In this document: positions 1 to 13,119 of the stretch, one piece after another
Numbering within the stretch: the stretch's first letter is position 1
Layout: each line of letters opens with the position of its first letter
Source: an uncultured Hormoscilla sp.
Lineage (GTDB): Bacteria; Cyanobacteriota; Cyanobacteriia; Cyanobacteriales; Desertifilaceae
NCBI GenBank assembly: GCA_963921275.4
Contig: OZ001293.3
Span: 3,296,001 to 3,360,000 of the forward strand
Reading direction: 5' to 3'
DNA length: 64,000 nt
Program-made: the position numbers and the translations under genes
The notes under the pieces: generated by a model
The model's database searches: none
What the model saw: the letters and a program-made list of their open reading frames with translations, nothing else
Told to the model about the DNA's origin: nothing

Positions 1-490
1 TTGCCATCTTTTCATTTTGGACAAGCTGAAGTTGCATTTCTTGGAGTTGTTGCAGAGATTGTTTTAGCTGCTGTAGTTTTGTGACTGCCGATCGAGTTGG
101 ACGTTCTCTAAGGAGATGGCAGCTTGAGCGCAGAGGATCTGCAAAACTTCCACCCGATCGCCTGTAAAGGCCCCAGTTACCAGATTGTTTTCCAGGTACA
201 GGATCCCGATCACCTTACCTTGACGAATAATCGGACTACATTCGATGTCCCCCAGAGGGGACGCTTTCGGTGTCCCCCGGGAGCGCACTTTCCCAGGCAG
301 AGCCGTGGGAACGAGGAGGCTGTGGGGGACACCGAACTCGCACTACCCCAGAGACATCCAGTACAGATTTGAGTTGATGCTCTATGATGTAGGGGTCACC
401 CGCCCAGGTAGTCTCTTTGCTAGCATCCTTGACAACTACAGTTTTCCCCTCCGCATCAAGTCTCCAGGCTGGCCTCAAGGGAAGCAACGG
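1..490 (-). pseudogene. GAF-domain sensor kinase fragment (frameshifted, repeat insertion at ~241-358)
   Basis: DPYIIEHQLKSVL..CSPIIRQGKVIGILYLENNLVTGAFTGDRVEVLQILCAQAAISLEN is a typical cyanobacterial GAF; continues in another frame as LQQLQEMQLQLVQNEKMA; palindromic repeat inserted between KSVL and CSP. Confidence 0.8.
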
Positions 491-703
491 AAACCTCTTT
501 ACCGTCGTCTATTTGTTAAAAAAGGGAAAATTTTTAATACTTCTTGAAAAAATTAGTTAAATCAGACAACTTTTTCGCTGTACTCCCGAATCGACCTTAT
601 TACCTTCTCAGTACCGGTACCTGAGTAAATTGCTCAAGGATATTATCAAAAAACAGTAGCTCAATATAGTAAGAGAGAATTAAGAGGAACTAGAGATTGA
701 ACT

Positions 704-1660
704 ATGCCATTGCCAACAACTATGTCACCACCACCATTCCTAGGGGCGGAGGTGGCAGCTACCTATGATAACGCGCGTGTCGTCATCTTACCAATTCCCT
801 TCGAGGCGACGACAACCTACCGTCGTGGCTGTGAAAACGGTCCTGATGCTATCCTAGAAGCGTCCCAGCAAGTAGAATACTACGATGAGGAGCTGGACTG
901 GGAAATCTGCTTTGATGTAGGAATTCACACAATGACAGCTATTGCTGACACCCGCCAGGGGAAAATATCCTCAGATAAAATGTTGCAAGTCACCCAAGAG
1001 ACTGTGTTCAAGCTAATTAATGATGGCAAATTTGTCATCGGACTGGGTGGCGAACATAGTATTACTACGGGTATAGTCCAAGCATACTGCCAGGCCTATC
1101 GGGACGAACCCTTTACAGTAATTCAAATTGACGCTCACGGGGATTTGCGCTATGAATATGGCGGCTCGTTGCACAATCATGCTTGCGTCATGCGCCGGAT
1201 AGTGGAGATGGGATTGCCCACCCTACAAATTGGCATTCGGAGCATCTGCAAAGAAGAGGCGGATTTGATTAAGTCCCAAAAACTGCCAGCGATCTGGGCG
1301 CGGGAAATTGTCACGCAACCAGATTGGATGGCAAGAGCCTTTCAGGCCATACCCACCCAACGAGTATTCTTGACAATCGATTTAGATGGCATCGATCCTA
1401 CCCTCATCCCTGGGGTGGGAACGCCGGAACCAGGGGGTTTGAACTGGTACTCCCTGACTAGCTTCCTGCGGCGCTGTTGTCAGTCCAAGAGAGTGATTGG
1501 CTGTGACATAATGGAACTGGCTCCCGTGGTAGACTCGGTAGTGTCCCAGTTCACAGCTGCCAAATTACTGTATAAACTCATAGGGTATAATGTTGGCGGT
1601 CGGCTGGCCGAGGAATTAAAATCAAAAAATGTCTCCAGTGGGGAGCGGGCAATTTTGTAG
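704..1660 (+). CDS. speB: agmatinase
   Basis: GGEHSIT, DAHGD and DLDGIDP..PGVGTPEPGG ureohydrolase motifs. Confidence 0.92.
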   Translation: MPLPTTMSPPPFLGAEVAATYDNARVVILPIPFEATTTYRRGCENGPDAILEASQQVEYYDEELDWEICFDVGIHTMTAIADTRQGKISSDKMLQVTQETVFKLINDGKFVIGLGGEHSITTGIVQAYCQAYRDEPFTVIQIDAHGDLRYEYGGSLHNHACVMRRIVEMGLPTLQIGIRSICKEEADLIKSQKLPAIWAREIVTQPDWMARAFQAIPTQRVFLTIDLDGIDPTLIPGVGTPEPGGLNWYSLTSFLRRCCQSKRVIGCDIMELAPVVDSVVSQFTAAKLLYKLIGYNVGGRLAEELKSKNVSSGERAIL

Positions 1661-1672
1661 GAAGGAAGGGAA

Positions 1673-2227
1673 ATGAGCGTAATGAATTTGGCGGGTACTC
1701 CCATTGGCAGCTATGCACCAGATTTTGAGGTGCCCGGGGTAGATGATGAAGTTCACCACCTAGCTCGCTATCTGGAAAAATATCAAGTGATAGCTGTCAT
1801 ATTTATTAGCAATAACTGCCTCTACGTGCAGCCTTATCTGGAAAGGCTAAAACAACTCCAGACAGAATTTGCCGACATGGGGGTAACTCTGATCGGGATA
1901 AATGCCAATGATGGGACCCAAGACCGGGCAGAAAGCTTGGAGATGATGAAAGTCTTTGCTACCTCCAGCGGACTGAACTTTCCTTATCTGCGAGACGTGA
2001 CTCAGGATGTGGCTCGCAGCTTCGGGGCGGACAAGACGCCAGAGGCTTTTCTGCTAGACCATCAGGGAATACTGCGCTATCGGGGGCTGATTGACGATCG
2101 TCCAGCAGATGCAGCCGCAGTGCATGTGCCTTACTTACGTCAGGCGATCGGCCAGGTACTTCAGGGAGAACCAGTCACTATAGCCTCTACAGATCCAGTG
2201 GGCAGCTCGATTAAATGGCGCCACTAA
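1673..2227 (+). CDS. thioredoxin-like / AhpC-TSA family protein
   Basis: APDF, INAND, FPYLRDVTQDVARSFGA..TPEAF, YRGLIDD. Confidence 0.85.
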   Translation: MSVMNLAGTPIGSYAPDFEVPGVDDEVHHLARYLEKYQVIAVIFISNNCLYVQPYLERLKQLQTEFADMGVTLIGINANDGTQDRAESLEMMKVFATSSGLNFPYLRDVTQDVARSFGADKTPEAFLLDHQGILRYRGLIDDRPADAAAVHVPYLRQAIGQVLQGEPVTIASTDPVGSSIKWRH

Positions 2228-2387
2228 AGAATTATAAATGAAGCTTGACAAATTAGCAATCAGGATCTGTAATAATCGGTGGGCCGTGTCTCCTGGATAG
2301 TGCTTAAGCGATGTCTTCTGGGTAGTGCGATTAGCGCTCCCAGAAGACATCGAACTCCCAGGAGACACGGGAGGTTCCTTGAGTTAA

Positions 2388-3131
<744 letters not shown>

Positions 3132-3345
3132 AAAAAAATCCACCCCCGATGTGCGAGGGGTAGTGCGAAACGATGTCTCCGCCGTGTCTCCTGGGTAGTG
3201 CGAGTAGCGCTCCCAGGAGACACGGCCCGAGTAGTGCGAATAGCGCAAAGCGTGGAGACATCGATCTCCCCTCGCACATCGGAGTACTATAAATGTGATT
3301 AGAAATGGCTGAAAATATCTCAATAGGGTAGATAGTGAGGTTAGC

Positions 3346-3894
3346 ATGGACTTAGATGAAGCTGAAATTATGATGGATAGCGCAGTTGAGGTGACTCAAC
3401 GGGCTTTTAATACCATTCGCACAGGTCGGGCTAATGCCAGCCTACTGGACAAGGTGATGGTAGATTACTACGACACCCCAACGCCTCTCAAGTCTCTGGC
3501 GATCGTTAGTGCGCCAGATGCCAGTACGCTCTTGATTCAACCCTATGATAAGGGGATTTTAAATCTGATTGAAAAAGCAATTTCTCTGTCAGATGTGGGT
3601 CTGACGTCGAATAATGATGGGAAGGTAATTCGACTGAATATTCCGCCCCTGACGAGCGATCGGCGCAAGGAATTTGTCAAACTCGCCGCTAAGTACGCCG
3701 AAGAAGGCAAGGTCTCGATTCGGAACAACCGCAGGGAGGCGGTAGAGTCTGTCCGCAAACAAGAAAAAAAAAGTGAGATTTCTGAAGACGAAGAGCGGGA
3801 CAAGCTAGATAAAATTCAAAAGCTTACTAACAAGTATATCGCCGAAATTGATGAATTACTGGCCAAAAAAGAAAAAGAAATTACTACAGTTTGA
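3346..3894 (+). CDS. frr: ribosome recycling factor
   Basis: [27 protein letters not shown]; follows pyrH. Confidence 0.98.
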   Translation: MDLDEAEIMMDSAVEVTQRAFNTIRTGRANASLLDKVMVDYYDTPTPLKSLAIVSAPDASTLLIQPYDKGILNLIEKAISLSDVGLTSNNDGKVIRLNIPPLTSDRRKEFVKLAAKYAEEGKVSIRNNRREAVESVRKQEKKSEISEDEERDKLDKIQKLTNKYIAEIDELLAKKEKEITTV

Positions 3895-3974
3895 TGGCGA
3901 TTCCCTTCGCATCAGTTAAATATTCAGCTGTTACAGTCAGCTAACAGCTGATAGGAACTGACAGTCCAAAGGAG

Positions 3975-4160
3975 TGAGCGGTATCCCCCGGGTAGTGCGG
4001 TTACGATGTCTCCGGAGTAGTGCAAATACGATGTCTCCTGGGTAGTGCGTAAGGCGCGAGGTTTCTCCTGGGTAGTGCGGTTAGCGCTCCCAGGAGAAAC
4101 CTCGCCCCAGGAGACATCGAGCTCTCCGGAGACATAGAGCTCCCGGGGGATACCGGAGAG
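3975..4160. repeat. cluster of GATGTCTCC(T)GGGTAGTGCG...GGAGACATC palindromic repeats
   Basis: Same motif family at ~244-358, 2285-2370, 3160-3270 and 20150-20241. Confidence 0.75.
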
Positions 4161-4266
4161 TGCAGGGGTGAGAGGATGTAGGGGGGATTATCCTGCCCAG
4201 AGGCTAAGCGATCGAACCCCACTCTCGAAAAACCGACAAGGCCCGATAAAACACTGATCATAGGGG

Positions 4267-4446
4267 TCAGGCGGACGATCTGACAGTAGCAGGATCGGCA
4301 GGACGGACAACATAGGCAAGGTGCATCGGATAGCCCCAAGCAGCATAAATTGCATCAACACATCTGATTGCGGTTTCTCGCTTCTTGAAAGAGCGCAGCA
4401 CTTGCTGATTTCCGTTAGCGTAGAGAATGCGAACTTGCCAATTCAT
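4267..4446 (-). CDS. small hypothetical protein (59 aa, below ORF-track cutoff)
   Basis: Manual translation MNWQVRILYANGNQQVLRSFKKRETAIRCVDAIYAAWGYPMHLAYVVRPADPATVRSSA*; resembles a conserved cyanobacterial small protein from memory only. Confidence 0.55.
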   Translation of the reverse strand: MNWQVRILYANGNQQVLRSFKKRETAIRCVDAIYAAWGYPMHLAYVVRPADPATVRSSA

Positions 4447-4607
4447 AGTAGCACGATGGATTAAACCTGATGATTGACCATTATAACGCTATTCTGTCAA
4501 ACTGGGGGTCGCGATCGTCTGAAACCATTATTCTCTGGGCGTTTGCGCCCCCAAGCTATTTTACGAACGTTTCTATCAGAACCCAGAAGCTCAAATCTAG
4601 ATATTCT

Positions 4608-6983
4608 GTGCGATTCTTTAGTGTAAAACGACTTGACACAAGTTAAGAGTGGAACCAATAGCTAGGTATCATTAGCCTAGACAACTTACAGATGATGGTG
4701 GTGAAAGTCCACCTCTCCAGGTGCAGGAGTGACAGCACTTTCCCTAGGGTAGCGATGGCATCAATCCGTAAAGCGGGAATGAAAGGCGCCCTAACTGGTA
4801 GCCCACACCGGTTATCGTCGAGCAATTAGTCACGATGAGCGCAAGCAAAGATTTACAGCGTCGTTACAGACAACCAGTGTAATAAGGCTGACACACTGGC
4901 CCAAAAGGGAAAGGATATAAGTCACTGGCGGGTATTAGACCGACCAGTAAGCACCGACAATAAACCCGGCGAACGGAATCCATCTAAAACTACGACCAAT
5001 CATCTGTAGGAACGAAGTAAACCAGGTATGTACTCTCTACCACCGGTCGATAGGTAGAGCAGCCACCAAAGGCGCAACATCTGCTCTCATCAGGCAGGTC
5101 ATACTTGGGAAAGATTTCGTGGAGAAGCAAACGACCACCGGTAATAGGTGGTATACGCTGACGCCCTCACGGTAATGTCAAAAGTAAAGTTGTAAGTAGC
5201 AGTGAAAACGTCATAAGCACGATGGACACATCTTGCTTATGAATGGAAAGATACCCCCTGGCGAAAGCTGGAGAGGATAGTCTTTAAGTTGCTTCTGAGA
5301 ATTTACAGAGCGGCACAACGTGATGATAAGCGGACAGTTCGCAGAGAGGTTACTGGTAAAATCCCGGGCTGCCAAAAGTCTAGCGGTACGACAGATAACA
5401 CAAGATAACCAGGGAAAGAAAACTGCCGGTGTGGACGGTGTGAAATCATTGACCCCAAAGCAGAGGATGGAATTGGTAGGACAAATAGAAATCTCAAACA
5501 GGGCAAAACCTGCACGACGAGTGTGGATACCAAAGCCAGGGAGAGATGAAAAGCGTCCATTGGGAATACCGACGATGTACGACCGTGCGACACAGGGGTT
5601 ACTTAAAATTGCGTTAGAACCTGAATGGGAAGCGTATATGGAAGGTAACAGCTACGGATTCAGACCGGGGAGAGGATGCCACGATGCAATCGGAGCAATA
5701 TTCAATAGCATCAGACTAAGACCCAAATGGGTACTAGATGCTGACATTGCGAAATGCTTCGATAAAATTGACCACCAAGCGCTGATAAAAAAACTAAATA
5801 CGACATCACCAAATCCGTAAACAAATACGGGCATGGCTAAAAGCCGGGGTGATAGACAAGAAAGAGTGGTATGCAACCAACGAGGGTACACCCCAAGGGG
5901 GAGTCATATCCCCATTATTGGCGAACATAGCTCTACACGGGTTAGAAGAAGCTGTAATGGACCTGGCAAAAACACAAAGAGAAAAAAGCAAACTGACGGT
6001 AGTTAGGTATGCCGATGACTTTGTGGTAATGCATGACGATAGAGAAAAAATAGAAGAAGCGCAGACGGTCATAGCAAAGTGGCTAGAAAGAATTGGGCTA
6101 GAGCTTAAGCCGGAGAAGACCCAAATAGCTCATACGCTATACGGCGAAAACCCAGGATTTGACTTCTTAGGATTCAACGTGAGACAATATGAGGTAAGTA
6201 AAAACAGAAGTGGTAAAAATTCAAATGGAAAAGCTCTAGGTTTCAAAACCCTCATCAAACCCAGTAAAAAATCCATAGGTAAGCATAAAGAAAGGTTAGC
6301 GCAAGTAGTAACCAGCCATAGTGCAGCCCCACAAGCTGCCCTGATAAGCAAACTCAACCCGGTAATACGAGGATGGGCGAACTACTTCAGGACTGGAGTA
6401 AGCAAAGAAGTTTACTCTGATATGGACCACTACCTATGGGGACTCCTATGGAAATGGGCAAAAAGAAGACACCCTAATAAGTCAAAACACTGGATAGCCA
6501 GGAAATACTGGTCAGTTGGCCAAGGACAATGGCGATTCCGGTGCGGGGCAGAAGGGGAAGTTGAGCTATATCGATACGCAAGTGTAGAGATAGTAAGACA
6601 CGTAAAAGTACAAGGAACAGCAAGCCCATACGACGGGAACCTCACGTACTGGAGCACGAGACTAGGCAAGAACCCAGAACTAAGTAATCGGGTAGCAAAG
6701 CTACTGAAAAAGCAGAAGGGTAAATGTCAATACTGCGGATTAACATTTATGGACAGCGACAGATGGGAAGTAGACCACATCGAACCACTCTCATTAGGTG
6801 GCAGGGACCGGTGGGATAACCTACAAATGTTACACAAACATTGCCACGATATAAAGACTGCCAACGATAGTAGTAGCCGTACCCGTGACAAGGGTGGCAT
6901 TACTGAGGAGCTGGATGAGGTGAAAAGCAGATCGTCCGGTTTTGAAGACGAGCCGGGGTGGTGACACCCTGACTTAGTTTAAT
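4608..6983 (+). mobile_element. group II intron (IIB-like) with intron-encoded RT
   Basis: 5' GTGCG at 4608; D5-like GAGCTGGATGAGGTGAAA..CGTCCGGTTT near 6908-6942; D6 hairpin ending TTTAAT at 6983; RT ORF inside. Confidence 0.9.
5235..6900 (+). pseudogene. ltrA: group II intron RT/maturase/HNH protein, frameshifted (~5345, ~5810)
   Basis: YEWKDTPWRKLER, RPLGIPT, DADIAKCFD, GTPQGGVISPLLAN, RYADD, LNPVIRGWANYF, C-terminal CxxC..EVDH..HKHCH split over three frames. Confidence 0.9.
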
Positions 6984-7201
6984 GAGGATTTCAGAGCTTG
7001 GCTAGAGCGTCGGTCAAGTAGAAACGATTGACAAAATTGCTATCTCAATGCATCTGGAGACGTCAGTAGCGAGTTGTTATCTTGTCCTCAGACTGAAATC
7101 CTTATCCTGTGAGGGGTACGGCGTCCCAAACCTGCACCAGTTATGAAAAAAGTGGTCATATGTCCAATCCACATTCCACACTTCACTTTGTAACATATCT
7201 A

Positions 7202-8074
7202 GGGTGTGTCATCAATCAAATTGCTTGACAGAAATAGATGGATACGGTATGGAGTCCTTATCCAGCAATAACAATCAAGAGGGCATGATATGAGACGCTA
7301 TGGCTTGCGAGACGACCAGTGGGAACGGATCGAACACCTTTTACCTGGTAAAGAGGGTGACCCAGGCGCTACAGCCAAGAACAATAGATTATTCGTGTTC
7401 TGCCGTGTTATATCGATATCGTGCTGGCATTCCCTGGCGGGATTTACCGGAGTGTTTTGGGGATTTTCGGGTTGTTCATACCCGCCATACCCGTTGGTCT
7501 GAAAAGGGAGTTTGGAAGCAGGTATTCGATGTCTTGGCCTCAGACGCCGATAACGAATACGCCGCGATTGATGCCACCATCCTGCGTGCCCATCAACGAG
7601 CGTGCGGGTGCAAAAAAAAACACCCTCAGATACGTGCGAAACCCAAGCCATAGGCCGTAGTAAAGGGGGACTATCGACAAAGATTCATGCCACTTGCGAT
7701 TGCCCAAGGCAATCCCACAGGATTTCATCTTACCCCTGGCCAAGCCCACGACGGGAAAGGCGCTGACGTGCTATTGGATAAAATCGGTGAGATTGGCGCG
7801 CTGCTTGCAGATAAAGCCTATGATGCGGAACAACGTGTGCTCGAGCGCCTGAAAGAGGCGGATTGGATGGCTGTCATTCCTCCAAAAAGTAACCGCACAG
7901 AACACAGAGAATACGATGAAGAAATGTACAAGTGGCGGCATCTAATTGAAAATCTATTCCAAAAACTCAAGCAATACAGGGCTCTGGCGACACGCTACGA
8001 TAAAACGGCTCGCAATTTCTTGGGTGCCATCTACCTCGCGGCAGCTGTAATATGGCTTAATTGATGACACGCCC
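7202..8074 (+). mobile_element. IS5-family element with frameshifted transposase
   Basis: TIRs GGGTGTGTCATCAAT / ATTGATGACACGCCC in CTAG context; IS5-type motifs [50 protein letters not shown]9 slippery run near 7612. Confidence 0.88.
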
Positions 8075-8623
8075 TAGTCATAGGCCAAACCTCCCAAATA
8101 CTGCACTGTTAATATCTGGTAGTACGTAAATTATGGGAATTTTGGTAAAGAGCAAGGTAGAAAATTTATCCAGATCCCGAGAGATGTTGGCAAAGCTACC
8201 CCAATCAAGCAATATTTACGCAATACAGTCGTGGGGAAAGTAGGGTACAAAGAGTGAGTTTGACAGCCATTATCTGGAAAATACCCTTCCGACCTTATTG
8301 GCCGCGAGGCTCCACACTCACTACGGAATGAACACAACTGAATACGGACGTGCTATAATCAAATCAATGTAGTAAGTAGTTGTGCAAAATGATTTTTCTA
8401 TTTGTGGAAAAGCGCGAACGGGCAGGGTGGGCGCTCAAGCCATATCTCATAAGGCTTTCAGGGATTTAACTTCATGGCTGCGCTCCCGTAGGGATACGGA
8501 AATTGACGGCTAGGAAAAATATAAAAATAATTTTGCCTATGTACTTATACTGGATAGTGCCAAGTTCTATGGCTGCGCCACCCATGGCTGCACGCTACGC
8601 GATATGCGATTGGATAACTGCTC

Positions 8624-9534
8624 GTGCGATTCGTTCGTAAATGACCCGCAACAGGTCATGAGCGACCGGTTACATCAACCGGGAACTTTGATGTTCATGG
8701 GGGTTAAATTCCTCCCGCCCAGATGCAGGGTTGACACCGGTCGGAGGTGCTGCGGAGCGATATCACCGTGGTGCTGAGCGAGGACTCAAATGTAGGATAG
8801 CTGGTAGCCTAAATCGGTGACTCCGCTAGGAAAGATATCCAAGGTTAGAACAAGCGAACGTATAAAAACCTCGTTAACCAAAACCAGCGGAATAAGGCTA
8901 TATACGCTGGCCCCAAAAGGGGAAGCAGTCAGGGCTAGCTTTGGGCAGTGGCTAGTCATGTATCCGAAAGACTGTCGGGGAATAGTACGGACCTAAAGAT
9001 ATCGTGAAATGACATCAAGGAACGAAGTAACCTCTCGTGTGCTGTCTGGTCTCGACCGGCTAGACAAGTTAGATATTAAGCGCAAGCCACGGGAGGAGGG
9101 ATGTCCCAAAAAGCAAATGCCCAGGGTAATGCCTGGGATAACGCCCGGAGCAATCCCGGTGATGTCCACAAGGACACTGACGTGGGACGGATATACCAGG
9201 ATGCTGTTCAGATTAGTAACTCCACATATATTATGAGCCCGATTTGGACCCCTCGGGGACTGATGGAGGTATGAGTGAAGGTGTAGGTGAAACAGGGTGA
9301 CTGCCGTCGGACGGCGATATAAACTAGGCGAGAGACCACAGGTTCCTTGACAACCGCTCGCTGACCTGCACATAGAAGGAGCCAACAAGTAGACAGTAAG
9401 GGCCTACGGTGGGTAACCCCTATAAAGCCTATCCATGACAAGGACCTGGTAACCAGTAGCCGTGTGCGGTGAAAGTCGCAAGCACGGTTTCGCTCTTGGA
9501 GGGTTGGGGAGCGATTCCCAGCTCGACCCCGACC
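8624..9534 (+). mobile_element. ORF-less group II intron, copy A
   Basis: GTGCGATTCGTTC start; D5 TAGCCGTGTGCGGTGAAAGTCGCAAGCACGGTT; D6 ending CTCGACCCCGACC; EBS1 GGGCAG (8943-8948) pairs with exon end CTGCTC (8618-8623). Confidence 0.92.
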
Positions 9535-9757
9535 AAGCATGGAAGCGGGTTTGGGCCCGCGAGACCGACGATGAGATAATAAAGGGACTCCGTCCGGCTG
9601 TAAGCGACTCCCTGCAAGAGTTTCAGCTAGAGGAAGAGGTAGTATTCCCATTCGGATTTCTCACTCTTCAGTAGTATAACAAATGACGTTATTAGAGGTT
9701 TTGCTTATGGGTCCATGGCTGCGCCACCCATGGCTGCGCCACGCTACGCGATAGGCG

Positions 9758-11320
9758 ATGGGCGAACGGAATTGGAATCCGCCGGTTGAACTGTCACCAG
9801 ATGAATCAGAAATTATCGCGAGCATCTACTAAAGCAAAACTCTATGGCTGCGCCACGCTACGCGATCGCATTTCTCGGCCTAAACCGTCATGAATTATTC
9901 TCAGATGAACTTCAATTAGAATTAGCTGAAATCTTTAACGACAGCACCCTAGGCAAATGTCCAGTCCCCCGGGCACAACTAGCTTTAGCTTTGATATTAC
10001 AAATACGGGAGGATGATGAAGTAATTGAAGTCTTGGTGATGGCACCGTTCCGGAAAAATCGGCTCCGGGCAATTGGTACATTGTAAAAACCTCCTTTTAG
10101 TAAAGGGACTTTTGTCAAGTTTCGACAAAAAATCATTGATTTTGGACTAGACTGACGTTTAATGGAGGGAAGGGTAAAGATTGCTAAAGAAAAACGAGGC
10201 TTGGGTTCAGGAAAATTGCGGGCGGCTATGGCTGCGCCCCCCGTAGCGCGGCCCAGCCATGGGCCACGCTATTGGATTCTTTGCCTTTGTGGGGAGCAGG
10301 CAAAGTAGAGGATACATAGAATTGGCGCCCCCCGGAGCGTAGCGTGGCCCAGCCATGGGCAGCGCTATGCTATCTGATCCGAGGAAGCCAGTGCTGAAAA
10401 CCCTGGAAATCGGAGAACAGCATTATTGAGCAAGACGTGACAGTTAACACATCAGGCAAACCTGTCCTCAAAAAAGGAGTTACGCCAAATCGGCGGATTT
10501 CTATAGAAGATCCAGAAATGGGTCATGGACGTAAAAGCCTTCGATATCTCTGCTCCTTGCTCTTGTCCCAGGGGACATGGCTGCGCTCCCGCAAGGGATA
10601 CGGCACACAGGAGACATCGTAGTCAACTCGGGAGATGGCTACAAACGTCATGTTTTGACAGATTTAGATTTAGGAGTAATTCGAGCTGTCAGGATAACTG
10701 CTGCCAATGAAGCAGAAGCGATAGTAGTGGAGTCGCTCGATAGCGACTTAAAATCGCAAAACCAAGAGATGGTAGAGTTACATATCGATGGCGCTTATTT
10801 GAGTAGTAGATGCGTTAATGAAGGAAAATTGATAAATATTTTGCCAAGCTTGGCCTGTAAGAAATGTGAAGGATTTTGACAAAACGGCTTTGGTACTTGA
10901 CGGGAATAATTTTTCTATCTTATGTCCTAATCAAATAACTCTTCCATTTTCTCCAGGTAAAGTTGTGAAGTTTCCCTTGTGCTGTCTGCCCCTTACAGGC
11001 TCCCTGCACGACTAGCAAAAACCGTCCCAGTGTTTCTATCCATCCGGATGAGACAATATTGCCAGGAATTGCGAGAGCTATGGCTGCGCCCCCCGGAGCG
11101 TAGCGTGGCCCAGCCATGGGCAGCGCGATCAGATGACATCATCTGGACGAGCCAAACTACGCTCGTCTAACCGCTGTCGAACATTCTCTTGCTCATGTAG
11201 GATAAAGGCAGTTGAAATCAAGCCCGCTATATTGTCAGGCGAAAAAATTTGTTTGACCTTCGTCCGGTAGCGGTTGTTCATAATCTTCATGTCATTGCCA
11301 GAATACCTGAATTGAGCGAA
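9758..11320 (+). pseudogene. IS1182-family transposase remnant riddled with small repeats
   Basis: WNPPVELS, RHELFSDELQLELA, RRISIEDPEMGHGRKS, GYKRHVLTDLD, AVEHSLAHVG, KNLFDLR..VVHNLHVIAR across frames. Confidence 0.8.
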
Positions 11321-11415
11321 AACCAGCAGCTCCCATCCCCCAGCGTAGCGTGCAGCCATGCCCTGACGCGATCTAATATCCCCTAACGCCAACTTGCGTG
11401 ATACTTGTTGATTCA

Positions 11416-12253
11416 GGTAGTGATAAACATGTAGTGATGGCACAACTAACCCGACAAGCATTTGTTGTAATCATGCACAAAATACCAAATCGCGTGATTT
11501 TCTTCTTAGAGAATGATAATGTTTTCCGAACCAAGCGACTAATTCTTGGCCTCGTTGTTTAACCTTTCAATATGATTAGTTTTTCCAGTTTCTTTACCTA
11601 CCGCAATAGTAACGCTTTTTCGGTATTGTTATATGCTTCCCAAAAAGTAAAAAAATGCGTCGATAAACAGGAGGTAAATATTTCCACAATTTTTTTGCTG
11701 ATTCACGGCTGATTCACGACTGCGATCGCCCAAATTCTACAATTTATCTTGTTTTTGTATCAAGTGCCAACGTTTGTTTTCTTTATTCCCAAGACCACAT
11801 TTCATCACATGTCAATTTTCCTTTGGGCTTGTCTGAAACCTTTATATCACGGCAGATTTTTTATTAACGTTTGTGAAACCTTTACTCGACGCTATTCTTT
11901 CAAGTAATAGATCATCTATATTCTTTTTCTTTTCGGACGATACCTGCTGTCGGGTTTTCAATTTATTGCCGATTTTTTACATATTTTTGCTTTTTATTAT
12001 GAGTACTATCATTTTTTACTGTTCGCTCACAATTACAATAAGGGCAATTGGGTCGCGACGATGATGATGTGTTCATAAGTCTATACTCGCTTTTGACTAA
12101 TAACATAAGAGCATTTTTCTGATGAGCTATACATGAGAATATTTTATCATTGCTATCAATTTGGCTAAGATAAAGAGCTGTTATATCATTCCTAAGAAAA
12201 GTAAGGATTAATAGAGGGATGGAATGTTCTATCACTACATATTTATCACTACC
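11416..12253 (-). mobile_element. IS1-family element (degenerate)
   Basis: TIRs GGTAGTGATAAACATGTAGTGAT / ATCACTACATATTTATCACTACC; 9-bp TSD GTTGATTCA (11407-11415, 12254-12262); InsA-like CPYC..VKN and InsB-like remnants. Confidence 0.85.
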
Positions 12254-13119
12254 GTTGATTCATAAACATGAGCACAATACTAGCCCTTGCTCTTATTCTT
12301 ATCCTACTATTTTCCGATCGCGCTGCGCTGGGGGCGCAGCCATGCATATCGTCCCCTAGCTATGGTGGCGCCACCTGCCAACTCCGCGCGGAATACTCCC
12401 ATAGCTAGATAGATGAAATTTATCTAATCCTTACGTGAGTCGAGCGCCGGGAAGTTGAGTCAACTTCCCGAGGCTTTGTGGTGGCTTTTTTTTATTTCTT
12501 TAGAGAAGACCGAAAAACACCGAAAAACAACCAATCCCTATTGAACTGAGCAGCTCACTTTGTAAATGTTGTACCAACGGGGTATAAATCATTTGTGATA
12601 ATTCCATCCTGTTGGCTTCGGTAAAAAACTATACAGGGTAATAATTTCAGTTGTTATAAAAATTCCCGTGCTAGTTGCTATATACATAAAAAGCTCCGTT
12701 TGTCAACTATTATTACTTGACCGACGCTCTAGCATGACGATTTTCCCTCACTGACAGAATAGCGATAATCCCTTGTAAAAGCTTTGCATTCAGTGCAACT
12801 AAGGAATTGGAACGTTCCGGCGCGATCCTCGGGAGCATGTCAGTTGTTAGTTGTCAGTTGTTAGTTGTTAGTTGCTAATAGTTAGTTGTTATTTGTTATA
12901 TTGTCATGTAACATGTCATTAATAGTGATAATATCAAATATTTATTTACCAACTTGACATGCTCCTGATCGCCTATAATAGTTGTACTCAGTCAAGGAAT
13001 GAGGACAAAAGCATCAGTAATTATCCGCCAAATAACCCGGAAGGGAAGCGAAAGATACGAAATTATACTCAAACAGCTGCCAGAGAATTGTTTTTACATA
13101 GGAGTCAAAACTCAGTATT

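Larger units (their letters stand above)
7002..12732. mobile_element. TIR-bounded segment filled with nested insertions
   Basis: CTAGAGCGTCGGTCAAGTA-N7-TTGACAAA at 7002 and its reverse complement ending at 12732. Confidence 0.65.

Noticed and set aside
4001..4339. ORFs containing ALPRRH-type peptides (also 2135-2451, 3009-3347)
   Set aside because: Translations of dispersed palindromic repeats, not genes
5292..5297. Possible micro-inversion (CAGAAG>CTTCTG) turning KLQKRIY into KLLLRIY
   Set aside because: The ancestral sequence is guessed from consensus memory; a single unverifiable case
5235..6964. RT as a retron or diversity-generating retroelement
   Set aside because: It has maturase and HNH domains inside group II intron termini; no adenine-specific TR/VR pair was seen
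8993..9674. ORFs overlapping the ORF-less introns (also ~20270-20542 and 39281-40027)
   Set aside because: No RT motifs; incidental frames in structured RNA
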